Below, one piece after another: positions 20,085 to 30,634 of a DNA stretch of 64,000 nt. The first letter of the stretch is position 1. Each line of letters starts with the position of its first letter. A program made the position numbers and the translations under genes. This DNA is from Candidatus Hydrogenedentales bacterium. Its GTDB lineage: Bacteria > Hydrogenedentota > Hydrogenedentia > Hydrogenedentales > GCA-2746185. The stretch spans positions 69,987-133,986 of the forward strand of contig JBCLBO010000001.1 of assembly GCA_038916785.1 (NCBI GenBank). The letters are read 5' to 3'. The notes below the pieces were generated by a model, which saw nothing but the letters and a program-made list of their open reading frames with translations, was not told the DNA's origin and ran no database searches.

Positions 20085-21275
20085 ATGAAAATCAAGAACA
20101 ACATACTGGTGCTGACGAGCGACGTGGACACGGAAACTACGCTCCGCATCCTGCTGGCCTCGGACGAGTGCACGGGCGATATCCAGGTGTATCGCAGCCT
20201 CGAAGCGCTGGCGGTGGCCCTCGATCGCGCCCTGGCGCCGGTGGTGCTGGTGGATATCGATCCCGATCCGCGCGGGCTGCTGGATCGCCTCGAACCGCTT
20301 GTCAACCAGTATCTCAATACAAAGTTCGTCGTGCTTGCGCGGGAACTGAAGAACGACATCGTGCTTCAGGCGATGCAGGTGGGCGTGCGCTACGTGCAGC
20401 TTAAAGAACGCATCACCATCGAGCTGCCGCCGATCATTCAGCGCGTCATGTCCAATGCCCCCTCCAACGGCCGGCACCTGGGCTCCGCGATCACGGTCCT
20501 GTCGGCCGGCGGCGGCGCGGGAGGCACGACGATCGCAGTCAATCTGGCCAACGAACTGCAGATTCTGTGCGGCGAGCCTGTGCTCATCACCGATCTCGAC
20601 TACGCCTACGGCGCGGTCGCCGCCTACTTGGAGTTGGAAGGCAAATACGGTATTGCCGACGTGCTCAGCCACGACGGCGCCATAGACGCCGATCTCGTGG
20701 AGACGACCTCGGTGCGCCATTCGGATTCTATCCGCGCGTTGTTGAGTCCCGCGAGCGTGAGCTTCGGGCGCCACAGCGTCATCAACCAGGAGCGTCTGGG
20801 CGAAGCGATCGGCGCCTGCAAAGCCCGCCACAGGTTCACGGTGTTCGATGCACCCCGAATCTCGATGGACGCCGCTGCCACTCTCGCCATTGAAAGCGAG
20901 GCGACGCTCATCGTGTTACAGCCGGTGGTGAAGGACATCCGGGTGTCGCGCAACATGATCCAGGCCCTGCTCGATCGCGAGGTCCCGGTCGAGCGGATCA
21001 AGCCGATCCTGAACCGGTACCGCAAGCGGCGCGAAATTGTCAGCGTCGAAGAGGTCCAGAAGGCCCTCGGCGGCGTTGCGCCGATCTGCCTGAGCAACGA
21101 CTACATTGCCGCAAGCAACGGGAACAACTACGGAAACTTTCTGTCGAATTCGGCGCCGCGTTCGGCGCTGCGCAAGGACGTTATGGAACTCGCTTCGATG
21201 TTCTCCTCGGCCGAGGAGAAGCGCGGTGCCGAAGCGGACAAAGCGTCGTCGGCGTTTCGCCGTCTGACCGTGTGA
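20085..21275 (+). CDS. cpaE: CpaE/TadZ (atypical receiver + MinD-like ATPase)
   Basis: N-terminal receiver-like domain, deviant Walker A GGGAGGTTIA, DLD..YG. Confidence 0.9.
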   Translation: MKIKNNILVLTSDVDTETTLRILLASDECTGDIQVYRSLEALAVALDRALAPVVLVDIDPDPRGLLDRLEPLVNQYLNTKFVVLARELKNDIVLQAMQVGVRYVQLKERITIELPPIIQRVMSNAPSNGRHLGSAITVLSAGGGAGGTTIAVNLANELQILCGEPVLITDLDYAYGAVAAYLELEGKYGIADVLSHDGAIDADLVETTSVRHSDSIRALLSPASVSFGRHSVINQERLGEAIGACKARHRFTVFDAPRISMDAAATLAIESEATLIVLQPVVKDIRVSRNMIQALLDREVPVERIKPILNRYRKRREIVSVEEVQKALGGVAPICLSNDYIAASNGNNYGNFLSNSAPRSALRKDVMELASMFSSAEEKRGAEADKASSAFRRLTV

Positions 21276-21279
21276 AGGG

Positions 21280-22614
21280 GTGGCCATGAACGAGCGTAAC
21301 ACTAAATCAAACGACGAACTGAAGGTGACGGTCCACGCGCGCATGTTGGAGCGCCTCGACTTCCAGCAAGCGCGTCACATGCCGGTCGAGCAACTCTACC
21401 AGGAGTGCTCGCGGCAGATTGACCAAATCCTCTCGGAGATGAACCGGCCGCTGTCCGCACCGGAGAAGGCGCAGTTGATCCGCGAAGTGCTCGACGCCGT
21501 GTTCGGCATGGGCCCGATCGAGGAATTTCTCCGCGACCCCGAAGTGAGCGACGTGCTCGTGAACGGTCCAGACCAGATTTACATTGAAAAGCACGGCGTG
21601 CTGCTCAAGACCAACGTGCGCTTCCGCGACAGCGAACAGGTTTTGCAGGTCATTCAACGCATCGCCGCGCAGGTCGGCCGCCGAATCGACGAGAGCTCGC
21701 CGATGCTGGATGCGCGCCTCAAAGACGGATCGCGCGTGAACGCGATCATCCCGCCGCTCTCCCTGACCGGGCCCACGCTCAGCATCCGCCGCTTCGGCAC
21801 GATTTCGCTCGACACGCGCCCGATGGTCGAAGCCGGCTCGTTCACGGACGACATGGCCCAGTTCATGGAGGCCTGCGTGCGCGCGAAACTGAGCGTCCTG
21901 ATCTCCGGTGGTACGGGCTCGGGTAAGACGACGCTGCTCAACGTGCTCTCGCGCTGGATTCCGAACGACGAGCGCGTGGTCACGATTGAAGACGCGGCGG
22001 AGTTGCAGTTGCAACAGGACCACGTGGTGCGTCTCGAAACCCGCCCCGCGAACGTCGAGGGCAAGGGCGAAGTCTCGCAGCGCTCGCTGCTGAGAAACTG
22101 CCTGCGCATGAGGCCCGACCGGATCATCATGGGTGAGGTGCGCGGTGCCGAGGCGCTGGACATGTTGCAGGCGATGAACACCGGTCACGAAGGTTCAATG
22201 ACGACGGTGCACGCCAACAGCCCGCGCGACGCCTTCACGCGTCTGGAAAACATGGTCAGCATGGCCGGCCTGAATTTCCCGATCATGGCTATCCGCCAGC
22301 AGATATCTTCCGCGATCGACATTCTTGTCCATATGATACGCCTCACCGGCGGACGCCGCAAACTTGTGTCCATCGCCGAAGTGACCGGCATGGAGCAAGA
22401 CACCGTGCTGATACAGGAAATCTTCCGCTTCAAACAGTCAGGTATCGGCCCGGACGGGCACGCCAAGGGTATGTTCGAAGTCTGCGGCATCCGCCCGACC
22501 GTGATGCCGCGCATCGAGGCTGAGGGCATCACCTTCCCCGACGGCTTTTTCCAACAACGCACAATCGCTCCGGGTACGCCGCACGTCAAGGGCAAGGAGG
22601 TGGCGCGTGTTTAA
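21280..22614 (+). CDS. tadA: Tad ATPase CpaF/TadA
   Basis: GGTGSGKTT, TIEDAAEL, LRMRPDRII.GEVRG, MNTGHEGS. Confidence 0.97.
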   Translation: MAMNERNTKSNDELKVTVHARMLERLDFQQARHMPVEQLYQECSRQIDQILSEMNRPLSAPEKAQLIREVLDAVFGMGPIEEFLRDPEVSDVLVNGPDQIYIEKHGVLLKTNVRFRDSEQVLQVIQRIAAQVGRRIDESSPMLDARLKDGSRVNAIIPPLSLTGPTLSIRRFGTISLDTRPMVEAGSFTDDMAQFMEACVRAKLSVLISGGTGSGKTTLLNVLSRWIPNDERVVTIEDAAELQLQQDHVVRLETRPANVEGKGEVSQRSLLRNCLRMRPDRIIMGEVRGAEALDMLQAMNTGHEGSMTTVHANSPRDAFTRLENMVSMAGLNFPIMAIRQQISSAIDILVHMIRLTGGRRKLVSIAEVTGMEQDTVLIQEIFRFKQSGIGPDGHAKGMFEVCGIRPTVMPRIEAEGITFPDGFFQQRTIAPGTPHVKGKEVARV

Positions 22615-23605
22615 TCTCGACGAGTTCTTCGGCGTCAGTCCGGTCGCCTTAATTACGGCAGTGTCGGTGTTCGCGCTCGTGTGCTCGGTGTGGTTTATCG
22701 GGACCACGGTCGTGTATATCCGCCGCACCCGCCGCGAGAAGAAGATCGCGGACCGGCTGAACATGGAGCTCGACGCGTCGTCCAAGGTGCGCACGTTGCG
22801 CCTGTGGCACAACGGCCGCAGCGGCACCACGACCGTGCTCGATCAGATGACGCCCGGCCTGATCGCCCGTTGGCTGGAACGCACGCGCAGCGGCTTGAAC
22901 TGGGGCGGACCGGTGGCGACCTTGGCGCTGTTCCTAATTTCGCTGATGCTGGTCGGGTTCATCCTGGCGTATGTGCTGACGCAGAACATTGTGGTCGCGG
23001 CCGCCTTGCCCGCGCTGCTTCCCTTCGTCATCAATTTCATTGTCGCAAGCCGCACGACGCGCAAAGAAGCGCTATTCGAGCGTCAGTTGGCCGACGCGCT
23101 GGGCGTGGCGACGCGATCGCTGCGCGCGGGTCAGCCGCTGATGGCGGCGTTCCAGGTGATCGTGGAGGAGCTCGAGCCGCCGGTGAGCTTGGTATTCGCG
23201 GAGATCATTCAGCAGCAGCAGTTGGGCAAAAACCTCGAGGAGTCGATCCGCGCGGCGACCGCTAAATCGCACAGCGACGACATGAAGCTCTTTGCCGCCT
23301 CGACCATTATCCAGATGCGCAGCGGCGGCAATATGGCGGACATGATGGACCGGCTCGTGGCGGTCATCCGCGACCGCATCCGCCTGCAACGCCGGGTGCG
23401 CGTGCTCACGTCGCAGGCGCAATTTAGCAAGCGCGTGCTCATCGCCATTCCGTTTATTCTCATTCTTATGCTCCTGCTCTCGAACGCGGACTATCTCGCG
23501 CCGCTGGTTGAGACCGAAATGGGGCGCATCCTCCTGGGGCTCGCTGTGGCGTTCCTGGTCGTTGGTTCGTGGGTCATGAACAAGATGACGGTTCTCAAAT
23601 ATTGA
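22607..23605 (+). CDS. tadB: TadB inner-membrane platform protein
   Basis: FERQLADAL...SLRAG, SGGNMA, T2SSF-like TM pattern. Confidence 0.92.
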   Translation: MFNLDEFFGVSPVALITAVSVFALVCSVWFIGTTVVYIRRTRREKKIADRLNMELDASSKVRTLRLWHNGRSGTTTVLDQMTPGLIARWLERTRSGLNWGGPVATLALFLISLMLVGFILAYVLTQNIVVAAALPALLPFVINFIVASRTTRKEALFERQLADALGVATRSLRAGQPLMAAFQVIVEELEPPVSLVFAEIIQQQQLGKNLEESIRAATAKSHSDDMKLFAASTIIQMRSGGNMADMMDRLVAVIRDRIRLQRRVRVLTSQAQFSKRVLIAIPFILILMLLLSNADYLAPLVETEMGRILLGLAVAFLVVGSWVMNKMTVLKY

Positions 23606-23636
23606 GGGGTTTCTCCGAAACACGGGGATTGACGAT

Positions 23637-24560
23637 ATGACAATCATGATGAGCTCGACAGCGGTACTCATCGCGGTACTGACGTTCACCGCGGTGCTGT
23701 GCATCGGCGGGGCCTTCATTGTGGCCGGCGGGGCGCAGCGCCAACGGCTCATGGCGCGCCTGCGGCCGCGTTCGCAGGTGCAGGGCGATGCGTCGCTCTC
23801 CATGCGCGCGTTCTTTGCGCGCATGTTCTCCCGCGTGGGCAAGAGAGTCTCGCCCAAGGGGCTATCGGTCGGTCTTCAAAAACAGATGGTCCATGCCGGA
23901 TTCTACAGCCCCGGCGCGGGCGTTATCTTCATCGGAATCAAGGCGCTGCTCTTCGCGGCGGCCGTCGTCGTCTTCGGCTTCGCCACGACCTTGGTGAGTT
24001 ATCCGCTTCCAATGGAAATGATGGGGGCGATCAGCCTCTCCGGCCTGATGTCCTTCGTGCCGAACCTGTTCCTGGGCCTGCGCATCAGTCAGCGTCAGCA
24101 GGAAATCCGCCGGCATTTGCCTGACGCGATCGACCTCCTGGAGATTTGCGTCTCCGCCGGTATGGGTCTGGATCAGGCCTGGCTCGCTGTGGAAGAGCAG
24201 GTCCGGGCCGTAAGCCAGGAACTGGCGAACGAGATCGCGCTCAGCAACCTCGAGATTCACCTCGGCGCGGATCGCGCCACCTCCATGCGCCATATGGCCG
24301 AGCGCACCGGCGCGGACGAACTCAATTCGCTCGTCGCGGTGCTGGTCCAGTCCGAGCGCTTCGGTACGAGCCTGACGGAAGCGCTGCGCGTGTTTACGAA
24401 GGACATGCGCGAGCTGCGCAGCCAGCGCGCCGAGGAAAGCGCAGAAACAATGGCGGTGAAGATGATCTTCCCGATGGTGGGGTTTATCTTCCCTGTGATT
24501 TTTATCGTTGCAGTGGGTCCGGCCGGCATCACGTTGGCCGAGATGTTTGGTAGTAACTAG
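23637..24560 (+). CDS. tadC: TadC inner-membrane platform protein
   Basis: LPDAIDLL.ICV.AG.GLD, QSERFGT, VKMIFP. Confidence 0.93.
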   Translation: MTIMMSSTAVLIAVLTFTAVLCIGGAFIVAGGAQRQRLMARLRPRSQVQGDASLSMRAFFARMFSRVGKRVSPKGLSVGLQKQMVHAGFYSPGAGVIFIGIKALLFAAAVVVFGFATTLVSYPLPMEMMGAISLSGLMSFVPNLFLGLRISQRQQEIRRHLPDAIDLLEICVSAGMGLDQAWLAVEEQVRAVSQELANEIALSNLEIHLGADRATSMRHMAERTGADELNSLVAVLVQSERFGTSLTEALRVFTKDMRELRSQRAEESAETMAVKMIFPMVGFIFPVIFIVAVGPAGITLAEMFGSN

Positions 24561-24596
24561 GCCCTGGGCCGGACGACATAGCAGGAGGCTATACAC

Positions 24597-25478
24597 ATGA
24601 ATCGCTTGGTGAAATTTGGATCGATGGCGGCGGTGATCGCTGCGACGGGCTGCACGTCCGTCGGCAACGAATACGTCTACGACGACGTGGTCGGGCAGCG
24701 CTCGGCGAACCGCGAGATGGCGACCAGCCAGTACGACGAGCAGACCAAGAATGGCGTGATCCGCCAGAAGACGGTCTTCGCGTATCACTTCGTCGCTGAC
24801 GCGCCCGCGCTCAATGAGCTGGGCGAGCACGACCTCACTATCCTCGCGCGGCACTACAAGGACAACGTCCTTCCCTATGCCGGCACGACGAACGTCATCG
24901 AGGAAGTGAAGGTGTACTTCGACTACAACGAGTCCTTCATCCGCCCAGACGCCAAACCGTCGCTCGACGGCGGCCTCGATCTGCTGGCTAAGAACCCCGG
25001 CGCGGACATCATCATCACGGGCCACGCCGACCAGCGCGGATCGCAGGAGCACAACGACGCGCTCGGCGCGAAACGTGCCGAGGAAGTCCGCCAGTACCTC
25101 GTTTCCAAGGGCGGCAACCCGGACCGCATCAAGATCGTGAGTCGCGGCAAGCTCGATGCGTCCTCCGTGACGACCGACGAGCCGGGCATGCAGCTTGACC
25201 GGCACGCCGTGTTCCAGGTCGCCGAGACGCAGGAATTCCCCGTGAACCTCAACGTCAAGCAGGGCAGCGCCTCCGAAGAATTGTATGACACGCGCCTCAA
25301 GGCCGTGCGCAGCTTCCTCGAAGCGCAGGGCGTCGATACCAAGCGCATCGCGCTGACCGACGGCTTCCCCGGCGGCGACGGCATGCCCTCGCAGCAGGCG
25401 GTCGTGTTCCTGATCAACAGCTACACGCCGGAGTCTGAGTCCAACTCGGCGAAGGCGGGATCGGATCCGAGCCCCTGA
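24597..25478 (+). CDS. Lipoprotein with OmpA C-like peptidoglycan-binding domain
   Basis: Lipobox ATGC; VYFDYNES.IR, GHADQRGS..HN.ALG.KRA. Confidence 0.85.
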   Translation: MNRLVKFGSMAAVIAATGCTSVGNEYVYDDVVGQRSANREMATSQYDEQTKNGVIRQKTVFAYHFVADAPALNELGEHDLTILARHYKDNVLPYAGTTNVIEEVKVYFDYNESFIRPDAKPSLDGGLDLLAKNPGADIIITGHADQRGSQEHNDALGAKRAEEVRQYLVSKGGNPDRIKIVSRGKLDASSVTTDEPGMQLDRHAVFQVAETQEFPVNLNVKQGSASEELYDTRLKAVRSFLEAQGVDTKRIALTDGFPGGDGMPSQQAVVFLINSYTPESESNSAKAGSDPSP

Positions 25479-25541
25479 CCCGGACGCCGGGAGTCGTTCC
25501 GTAATCCTAACGAGAGCAATCCACCAAGGGGGGACGAGGAT

Positions 25542-26162
25542 ATGTGGCACGTGATGAGACGAGCGATAGCGGGCTTGGCGATGGGCGCGCTGGCGATTAA
25601 TTTCGCCGGCTGCGCCACCACGCAGGCCGCGCAGGAGGACGGATCCTTCGGCGGGAAGGGCGATGAGCAGGCCGGCAGCCCCGCGCCGCGCGCCAACACG
25701 ATGTACGGCATGTGCCGCATCTTGCGCGCGCAGGGCAAGACCGAGCAGGCAGAGGTCGCGCTGGTCGGGCTGATGAGCCAGTTTCCCGAATTCAGCCCGA
25801 CGTATAACGACCTCGCGGAGATTCAACTCGATCGCGGGCGCCTCGACGACGCGATTCACTACCTGAGCGAGGGCCTGAAAGTCGCGCCGACGGACCCGAT
25901 CCTGCAAAACAACGCCGGTGTCTGCGCGCTGCTCAAGCACGACTACGCCGCCGCGCTCGAACATTTCCAGGCCGCGGCGGCCGTCGCGCCCTACGAGGCG
26001 CGATACAAGGCCAACATCGCGCTGGCGACCGGCCTGAACGGCGATCCGGAGCAGAGCAAAGCGCTCTACGAGGACGTCGTTTCCGCCGATGCCGCCGAAC
26101 ACAACACCCAGATCATCAAAGGTTTACTCGCTCCGCAGGTGATCACCCCGCCTACGGACTGA
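25542..26162 (+). CDS. tadD: TadD-like TPR lipoprotein (pilotin)
   Basis: Lipobox FAGC, TPR motifs, position in the tad operon. Confidence 0.75.
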   Translation: MWHVMRRAIAGLAMGALAINFAGCATTQAAQEDGSFGGKGDEQAGSPAPRANTMYGMCRILRAQGKTEQAEVALVGLMSQFPEFSPTYNDLAEIQLDRGRLDDAIHYLSEGLKVAPTDPILQNNAGVCALLKHDYAAALEHFQAAAAVAPYEARYKANIALATGLNGDPEQSKALYEDVVSADAAEHNTQIIKGLLAPQVITPPTD

Positions 26163-26199
26163 GTTGCTGCGTCCCGGAGTGAATCAAAGGAATCGAGCC

Positions 26200-27477
26200 A
26201 TGAAGCGCCTCAAACGAAACAAAGGTATCGCAACGATCTGGGCGGCCATCACCATGCTGGTGCTGATCGGTTTTACCGCCCTCGCCGTCGACATCGGCCT
26301 TGAGGTGTGGACCGCGCAGCAGTTGCAGATCGTGGCGGACGCGTCGGCCTTGGCCGGCGCGCATTTCGTGCGCACGGACCCAGTCAAGGCGCGCGACCAG
26401 GCGGTGTTGGTGGCGCTTTCCAACGTCGCCGGCGGCGTCAAAATCAAAGTCGACCGGAACGACGCCAACGCTCCCGGCGGTGATGTCGTGTTTGGCCGCT
26501 ACGACCGCACCAATAGCACCTTCGATCCCGCCGCTGTTTGGCCGAACGCGGTCAAGGTCACCGCGCGGCGCACCGCGGCCTCGCAGAACGGCGCGCTCGT
26601 TCTCCACTTCGCACGGGTGCTGGGTTTCAACAGCGCCGACATACAGCGCGACGCCATCGCCATGCACGGTGGCGGCACCGGCACGGGCATGCTAATCCTG
26701 GGCAACGGGGAATGTGCGCTCACGATCCGCGGCAATCCCACCGTCAATCTCTTCAACGGCGCGGTCCAGGTCAATTCAACGAACAGTTGCGGCACCTGTC
26801 TTTCGGGTAACCCGGAAATCCTGGCGTCCGAATTCAATTTGGTCGGCGGCTTCTGCTTGACCGGCGTCACCGAGGACGAAGTCCCGCCGCTGAACACAAA
26901 TCAGCAGGCGATCGCGGATCCGCTTGCGGACCTGCCCGCGCCGCCGATCGGCGCTCCGAGAGTCCCGGGCACGATCTCCGGCGGCGGTATTAATAATTGG
27001 TTGCCCGGTTATTACCCCGGCGGTATCGACCTGACCGGAGGAACCCACACCCTCGCTCCCGGAATCTACATTCTTGGCGGCAAAGGAATGAACATCGGCG
27101 GTAGTACGACATTCATGGCGGATGGCGTGATGTTCTACATCCTGGAGGGACCGGTCAATATCAGCTCGGGCACACTCCGGATCACGCCGCCGGACCCGGA
27201 CCTTTACAGCTACACCGGCGTGGACATTTACGAAAGCATCGCGATTTTCCAAGCGCGCACCAATACGGCTGCCGGCACGATCATCGGCACCGGGGATATG
27301 GATTTCCAGGGCACGTACTACTTCCCGAATAACAAGATCAATCTCGGCGGCACGACCAACCAGTTCGGCGACCAGTTTATCGCCTGGTCGGTCGAGATTT
27401 TCGGCAACGGCCTGATCGAGCTCGCCGCCGACGGCAGCATTCCCTCGCCGGGACGAAGGGTCTTCCTCGTGGAATAA
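26200..27477 (+). CDS. tadG: TadG-like pseudopilin/tip protein
   Basis: KG-IA.., ALAVDIG, LQ..ADASALAGA; Gly-rich beta C-terminal region. Confidence 0.85.
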   Translation: MKRLKRNKGIATIWAAITMLVLIGFTALAVDIGLEVWTAQQLQIVADASALAGAHFVRTDPVKARDQAVLVALSNVAGGVKIKVDRNDANAPGGDVVFGRYDRTNSTFDPAAVWPNAVKVTARRTAASQNGALVLHFARVLGFNSADIQRDAIAMHGGGTGTGMLILGNGECALTIRGNPTVNLFNGAVQVNSTNSCGTCLSGNPEILASEFNLVGGFCLTGVTEDEVPPLNTNQQAIADPLADLPAPPIGAPRVPGTISGGGINNWLPGYYPGGIDLTGGTHTLAPGIYILGGKGMNIGGSTTFMADGVMFYILEGPVNISSGTLRITPPDPDLYSYTGVDIYESIAIFQARTNTAAGTIIGTGDMDFQGTYYFPNNKINLGGTTNQFGDQFIAWSVEIFGNGLIELAADGSIPSPGRRVFLVE

Positions 27478-27545
27478 GCGTCGCCCTACATCGCCCTCAA
27501 AGCCGGTGGCCAATCAGCCCCCCTGAATATCCGCCGGCTTTATCC

Positions 27546-27584
27546 GAACGCGGCAGCACCCCCCCGCTGCCGCGTTCTTTTTTT
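27546..27584 (+). terminator. Intrinsic terminator of the tad operon
   Basis: GAACGCGGCAGC...GCTGCCGCGTTC followed by T7. Confidence 0.9.
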
Positions 27585-27857
27585 GCTGTAAGTCTAAAGC
27601 CCTCTAACAAATCCCAACCCTCGTAGCATGGGCGGCTCGTCCATGCGGGTGCCCGGCAATCGAATCGGACAAAGTGAGAAGCGTTTAATCTCGCAAATCT
27701 TGTAAATCCCGTAAATCCTGTCCGCCCTTGTTCGCGGCCGCGGGAAGACCGTTTTCGTTGTGCAGCCTCCGGCGATGGCCGGTGGTGAACTCAGAATGAC
27801 GAGTTAGGCGAGGCCTCCAACACGAATCGGAAGTGTCTCGGAATTATGAGAGGCCAT

Positions 27858-28080
27858 TCAGGTAGCGACTTTCTTGTCCTGACTAAAGGTGAGCCGGTTG
27901 CCGAAGGGATCCGACGACTTCCATCTCTGTCGTTCCCCAGGGCTGATCGCAGATGCCGGGATTCATGTTTGGATTGGGCCGCGAGCGCAACTCACGATGG
28001 AGCGCGTGTACATCGTCGGTGACGATGTACACGCGCGCGCCCGGCGTGCAGTCGCCCCAATGCTCGGTGAGGTGAAGGAT
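27858..28080 (-). pseudogene. 5'-truncated, frameshifted VOC/glyoxalase (bleomycin-resistance-like) remnant
   Basis: ILHLTEHWGDCTPGARVYI...DQPWGTTEMEVV/fs/DPFGNRLTF; stops upstream. Confidence 0.75.
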
Positions 28081-28203
28081 CGCCTATCATGCCTCGCCAA
28101 TGTGCCGGCCGCTCCGCCGCCCGCTTTCTAGCGTGAGGCCGCAGCGTGCCCGCGCCCCGGTCCGGCACGACTTGAATTGTGGCCTTGCGCTATTATTCGG
28201 CCC

Positions 28204-29601
28204 ATGGCCCCTGCACACACGCCCGACACCACTGCGCGCGCGCATGCGGCGCTGGCCGACGCGATCGGCGCGCAGCGCATCTCCGCGTCGAGCGGCGACC
28301 GCGAACAGCACGCGCGTGATCAATCGACGCTGCCGGCGCGGATGCCCGACCTCGTCGTGTGGCCGGAGACGACCGAAGACGTCAGCGCCGTGTTGCGCTA
28401 CGCGAATGAGCACGGGATTCCCGTCGTCGCCTGGGGCGCGGGCACGAGCCTGGAAGGCAATCCCATTCCCGTGCGCGGCGGAATTGTGCTCGACTTCCAG
28501 CGCATGGACCGCGTCGTAGCCGTCCACGCGCAGGACTTCCAGGTCACGGTCCAGCCGGGCGTGCTCTACAAGGACCTCAACCGCGACCTCGGCAAGCAGG
28601 GCCTCTTCTTCGCGCCCGATCCCGGCGCGAACGCCAGCATCGGCGGCATGATTGCGAACAACGCCGCCGGCATCCGCACGGTGAAGTACGGCGCGACGCG
28701 CGACAACGTCCTCGCGCTCGAAGTCGTCCTCGCCGACGGCACCATCGTCCGCACCGGCTCGCGCTCGGTGAAGCAGTCCGCCGGATACGACCTCACGCAC
28801 CTGATCGTCGGCTCCGAGGGCACCCTCGCCATCGTCACCGAGGCCACGCTCAAGCTCGTGCCGATCCCCGAGCACTTCAGCGCGATCGTCGCCGCGTTTC
28901 CCTCCGTCGAGAATGCCGTCGAGGCGGTCTACGCCGTCATGGCTTCCGGCCTCGAGCCCGGCGCGATGGAACTCGTTGACACCTCCGGCATCCTGATGAT
29001 GAACAAGGACGAGGGCATGCACTTCCCCGAACTGCCGCACATCTTCATGGAGTTCAGCGGCCCCGACGCCTCCGGCGTGAAGTCACGCACGGAAGCCGCC
29101 GAGGCCTGCTGCCGCGAGAACCAGTGCGTGCAGCTCGCCGCCGGCCTCGACCGCGAATCGCGCCAACGGCTCTGGGACGCGCGCCACCACTTCTACGAAA
29201 TCCTAATCCGCAACCACCCCGGCCAGGGCCGCTACGTCGCCGACGTCGCCGTCCCCATCTCCCACCTGCCCGAGCTCATCCGCCGCACGCGCGTCATCCT
29301 CGACGAAGTCGGCATCGAAGGCCAGATCATCGGCCACGCCGGCGACGGCAACCTCCACGTCACGCTCTTCTACCCAATGGAAGACGCCGCCGCAGCAGCC
29401 CGCGCCAAAGAAACCAACACCCGCCTAGTCCAGGCCGCCCTCGACCTCGACGGCACCTGCACCGGCGAACACGGCGTAGGCATCGGCAAAATGCACGTAA
29501 TGCAGCGCGAACACGGCGACACCGGCCTCGCCCTAATGAAAGCCATCAAGCAAACGATGGACCCGAAGGGCATCCTCAACCCGGGGAAAGTACTGCCGTA
29601 G
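28204..29601 (+). CDS. FAD-linked oxidase (GlcD/D-lactate dehydrogenase family)
   Basis: GAGTSLEG, ASIGGM, GYDL..L.VGSEGTL, GHAGDGNLH, GEHGVG, DPKGILNPGK. Confidence 0.93.
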   Translation: MAPAHTPDTTARAHAALADAIGAQRISASSGDREQHARDQSTLPARMPDLVVWPETTEDVSAVLRYANEHGIPVVAWGAGTSLEGNPIPVRGGIVLDFQRMDRVVAVHAQDFQVTVQPGVLYKDLNRDLGKQGLFFAPDPGANASIGGMIANNAAGIRTVKYGATRDNVLALEVVLADGTIVRTGSRSVKQSAGYDLTHLIVGSEGTLAIVTEATLKLVPIPEHFSAIVAAFPSVENAVEAVYAVMASGLEPGAMELVDTSGILMMNKDEGMHFPELPHIFMEFSGPDASGVKSRTEAAEACCRENQCVQLAAGLDRESRQRLWDARHHFYEILIRNHPGQGRYVADVAVPISHLPELIRRTRVILDEVGIEGQIIGHAGDGNLHVTLFYPMEDAAAAARAKETNTRLVQAALDLDGTCTGEHGVGIGKMHVMQREHGDTGLALMKAIKQTMDPKGILNPGKVLP

Positions 29602-29606
29602 AGCAC

Positions 29607-29638
29607 TTTAGCCACGGATAAGTACGGATTGGACGGAT
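29607..29638 (+). repeat. Left imperfect inverted repeat bounding the island
   Basis: TTTAGCCACGGATAAGTACGGATTGGACGGAT; 27/32 identical to the reverse complement of 35186-35217. Confidence 0.8.
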
Positions 29639-29957
29639 TGCCACCCCACGAACTGCTGGAACTGAACGCCAGTCGTGGACGGGATTCGGCCGTAGAAACC
29701 TCCTACATAGATGCGCAGTCTGTTGCCCTCGGGTCGGCGCGGAAACCGGGGAAAACTCTCGGTGCGAAACAAGGTCTTGGAGTGGACCTCACGGACGAAG
29801 CGGACTTCGTTGGGAAGAGCGGGTGCGAGACAAGGGTCCTTTGCTTGTCAGTACTGGGAAAATTTCGACGAAAGTGCAACAGGACGTGGCGTGTCTGCGC
29901 AAGCGAACACGGTAAGATTTGACAGGGAACTGTCAGCGCCGTATCCTCCACCTCAAT

Positions 29958-30290
29958 ATGACTGAGAATACTGAAATCTTAAAGGAAATCCGCGATCTTC
30001 TACGACTGATGGCCGAGCCTGTGCTCGCGAAGCGCGATGAACGACTTCGGTCATCGCTTCACGAGGTCATAGGAAAGAGTAAACAGAAAGCCCAGGCGGT
30101 CGTTCTCATGGACGGGATGCGCTCACAAGCTGCCATTCGAAAGGACTGCGGGATCGACGATGGAAATTTGAGCCGCTTGGTCAAGGCATTGCGCGCGGCG
30201 GAATTGATCGGTTCAGACAACAAACACCCTAAATTGGTGTTTCCCGTGCCTGCGAATCTCCCCGATACTGTTTCTAAGGATAAAGGATGA
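29958..30290 (+). CDS. Small helix + winged-HTH protein, paralog 1
   Basis: LKEIRDLLRL..EP, MDGMRSQ..I...CGI..GNLSRLVK.L..AELI. Confidence 0.85.
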   Translation: MTENTEILKEIRDLLRLMAEPVLAKRDERLRSSLHEVIGKSKQKAQAVVLMDGMRSQAAIRKDCGIDDGNLSRLVKALRAAELIGSDNKHPKLVFPVPANLPDTVSKDKG

Positions 30291-30634
30291 GCGCCGAATC
30301 CGCACAAATGATGCGCGTATTAACAGAGATGCGCGATCTTCTCCGTCTGATCGCTGAGCCAGCTATCGCCGAGCGCGATGAGAAACTACGAAAAAAATTG
30401 CGCGATATTGCCGGAAGTGCAACGGGGAAAAAGGCGAAGGCCATTCTTATGATGGATGGTACAAGGAATCAGGCAGGGATCGTCAGCGAGTGTGGAATAA
30501 ACCAGGGCGATCTGAGCCAGTTGGTGAAAAAGTTAAAGGCTGCGGAACTACTGGCAGGCGGTCCCAAACAGCCACAACTCGTTATTTCAATTCCCATAAA
30601 TTTCTTCGAACAGAAAGAGAACTCTGATGAGTGA
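30287..30634 (+). CDS. Small helix + winged-HTH protein, paralog 2
   Basis: LTEMRDLLRLIAEP, MDGTRNQ..I..ECGINQGDLSQLVKKLKAAELL; ATGA overlap. Confidence 0.85.
   Translation: MSAESAQMMRVLTEMRDLLRLIAEPAIAERDEKLRKKLRDIAGSATGKKAKAILMMDGTRNQAGIVSECGINQGDLSQLVKKLKAAELLAGGPKQPQLVISIPINFFEQKENSDE

Noticed and set aside
20500-20545. Missing Lys in the CpaE Walker A motif
   Set aside because: A deviant Walker A is normal for TadZ/CpaE
23862-26102. 746-aa minus-strand ORF (and similar long antisense ORFs across the window)
   Set aside because: Antisense to well-supported genes; expected from high-GC codon bias; no motifs
29629-29951. Short ORFs at the island's left end
   Set aside because: No motifs or RBS; probably promoter region or decayed sequence
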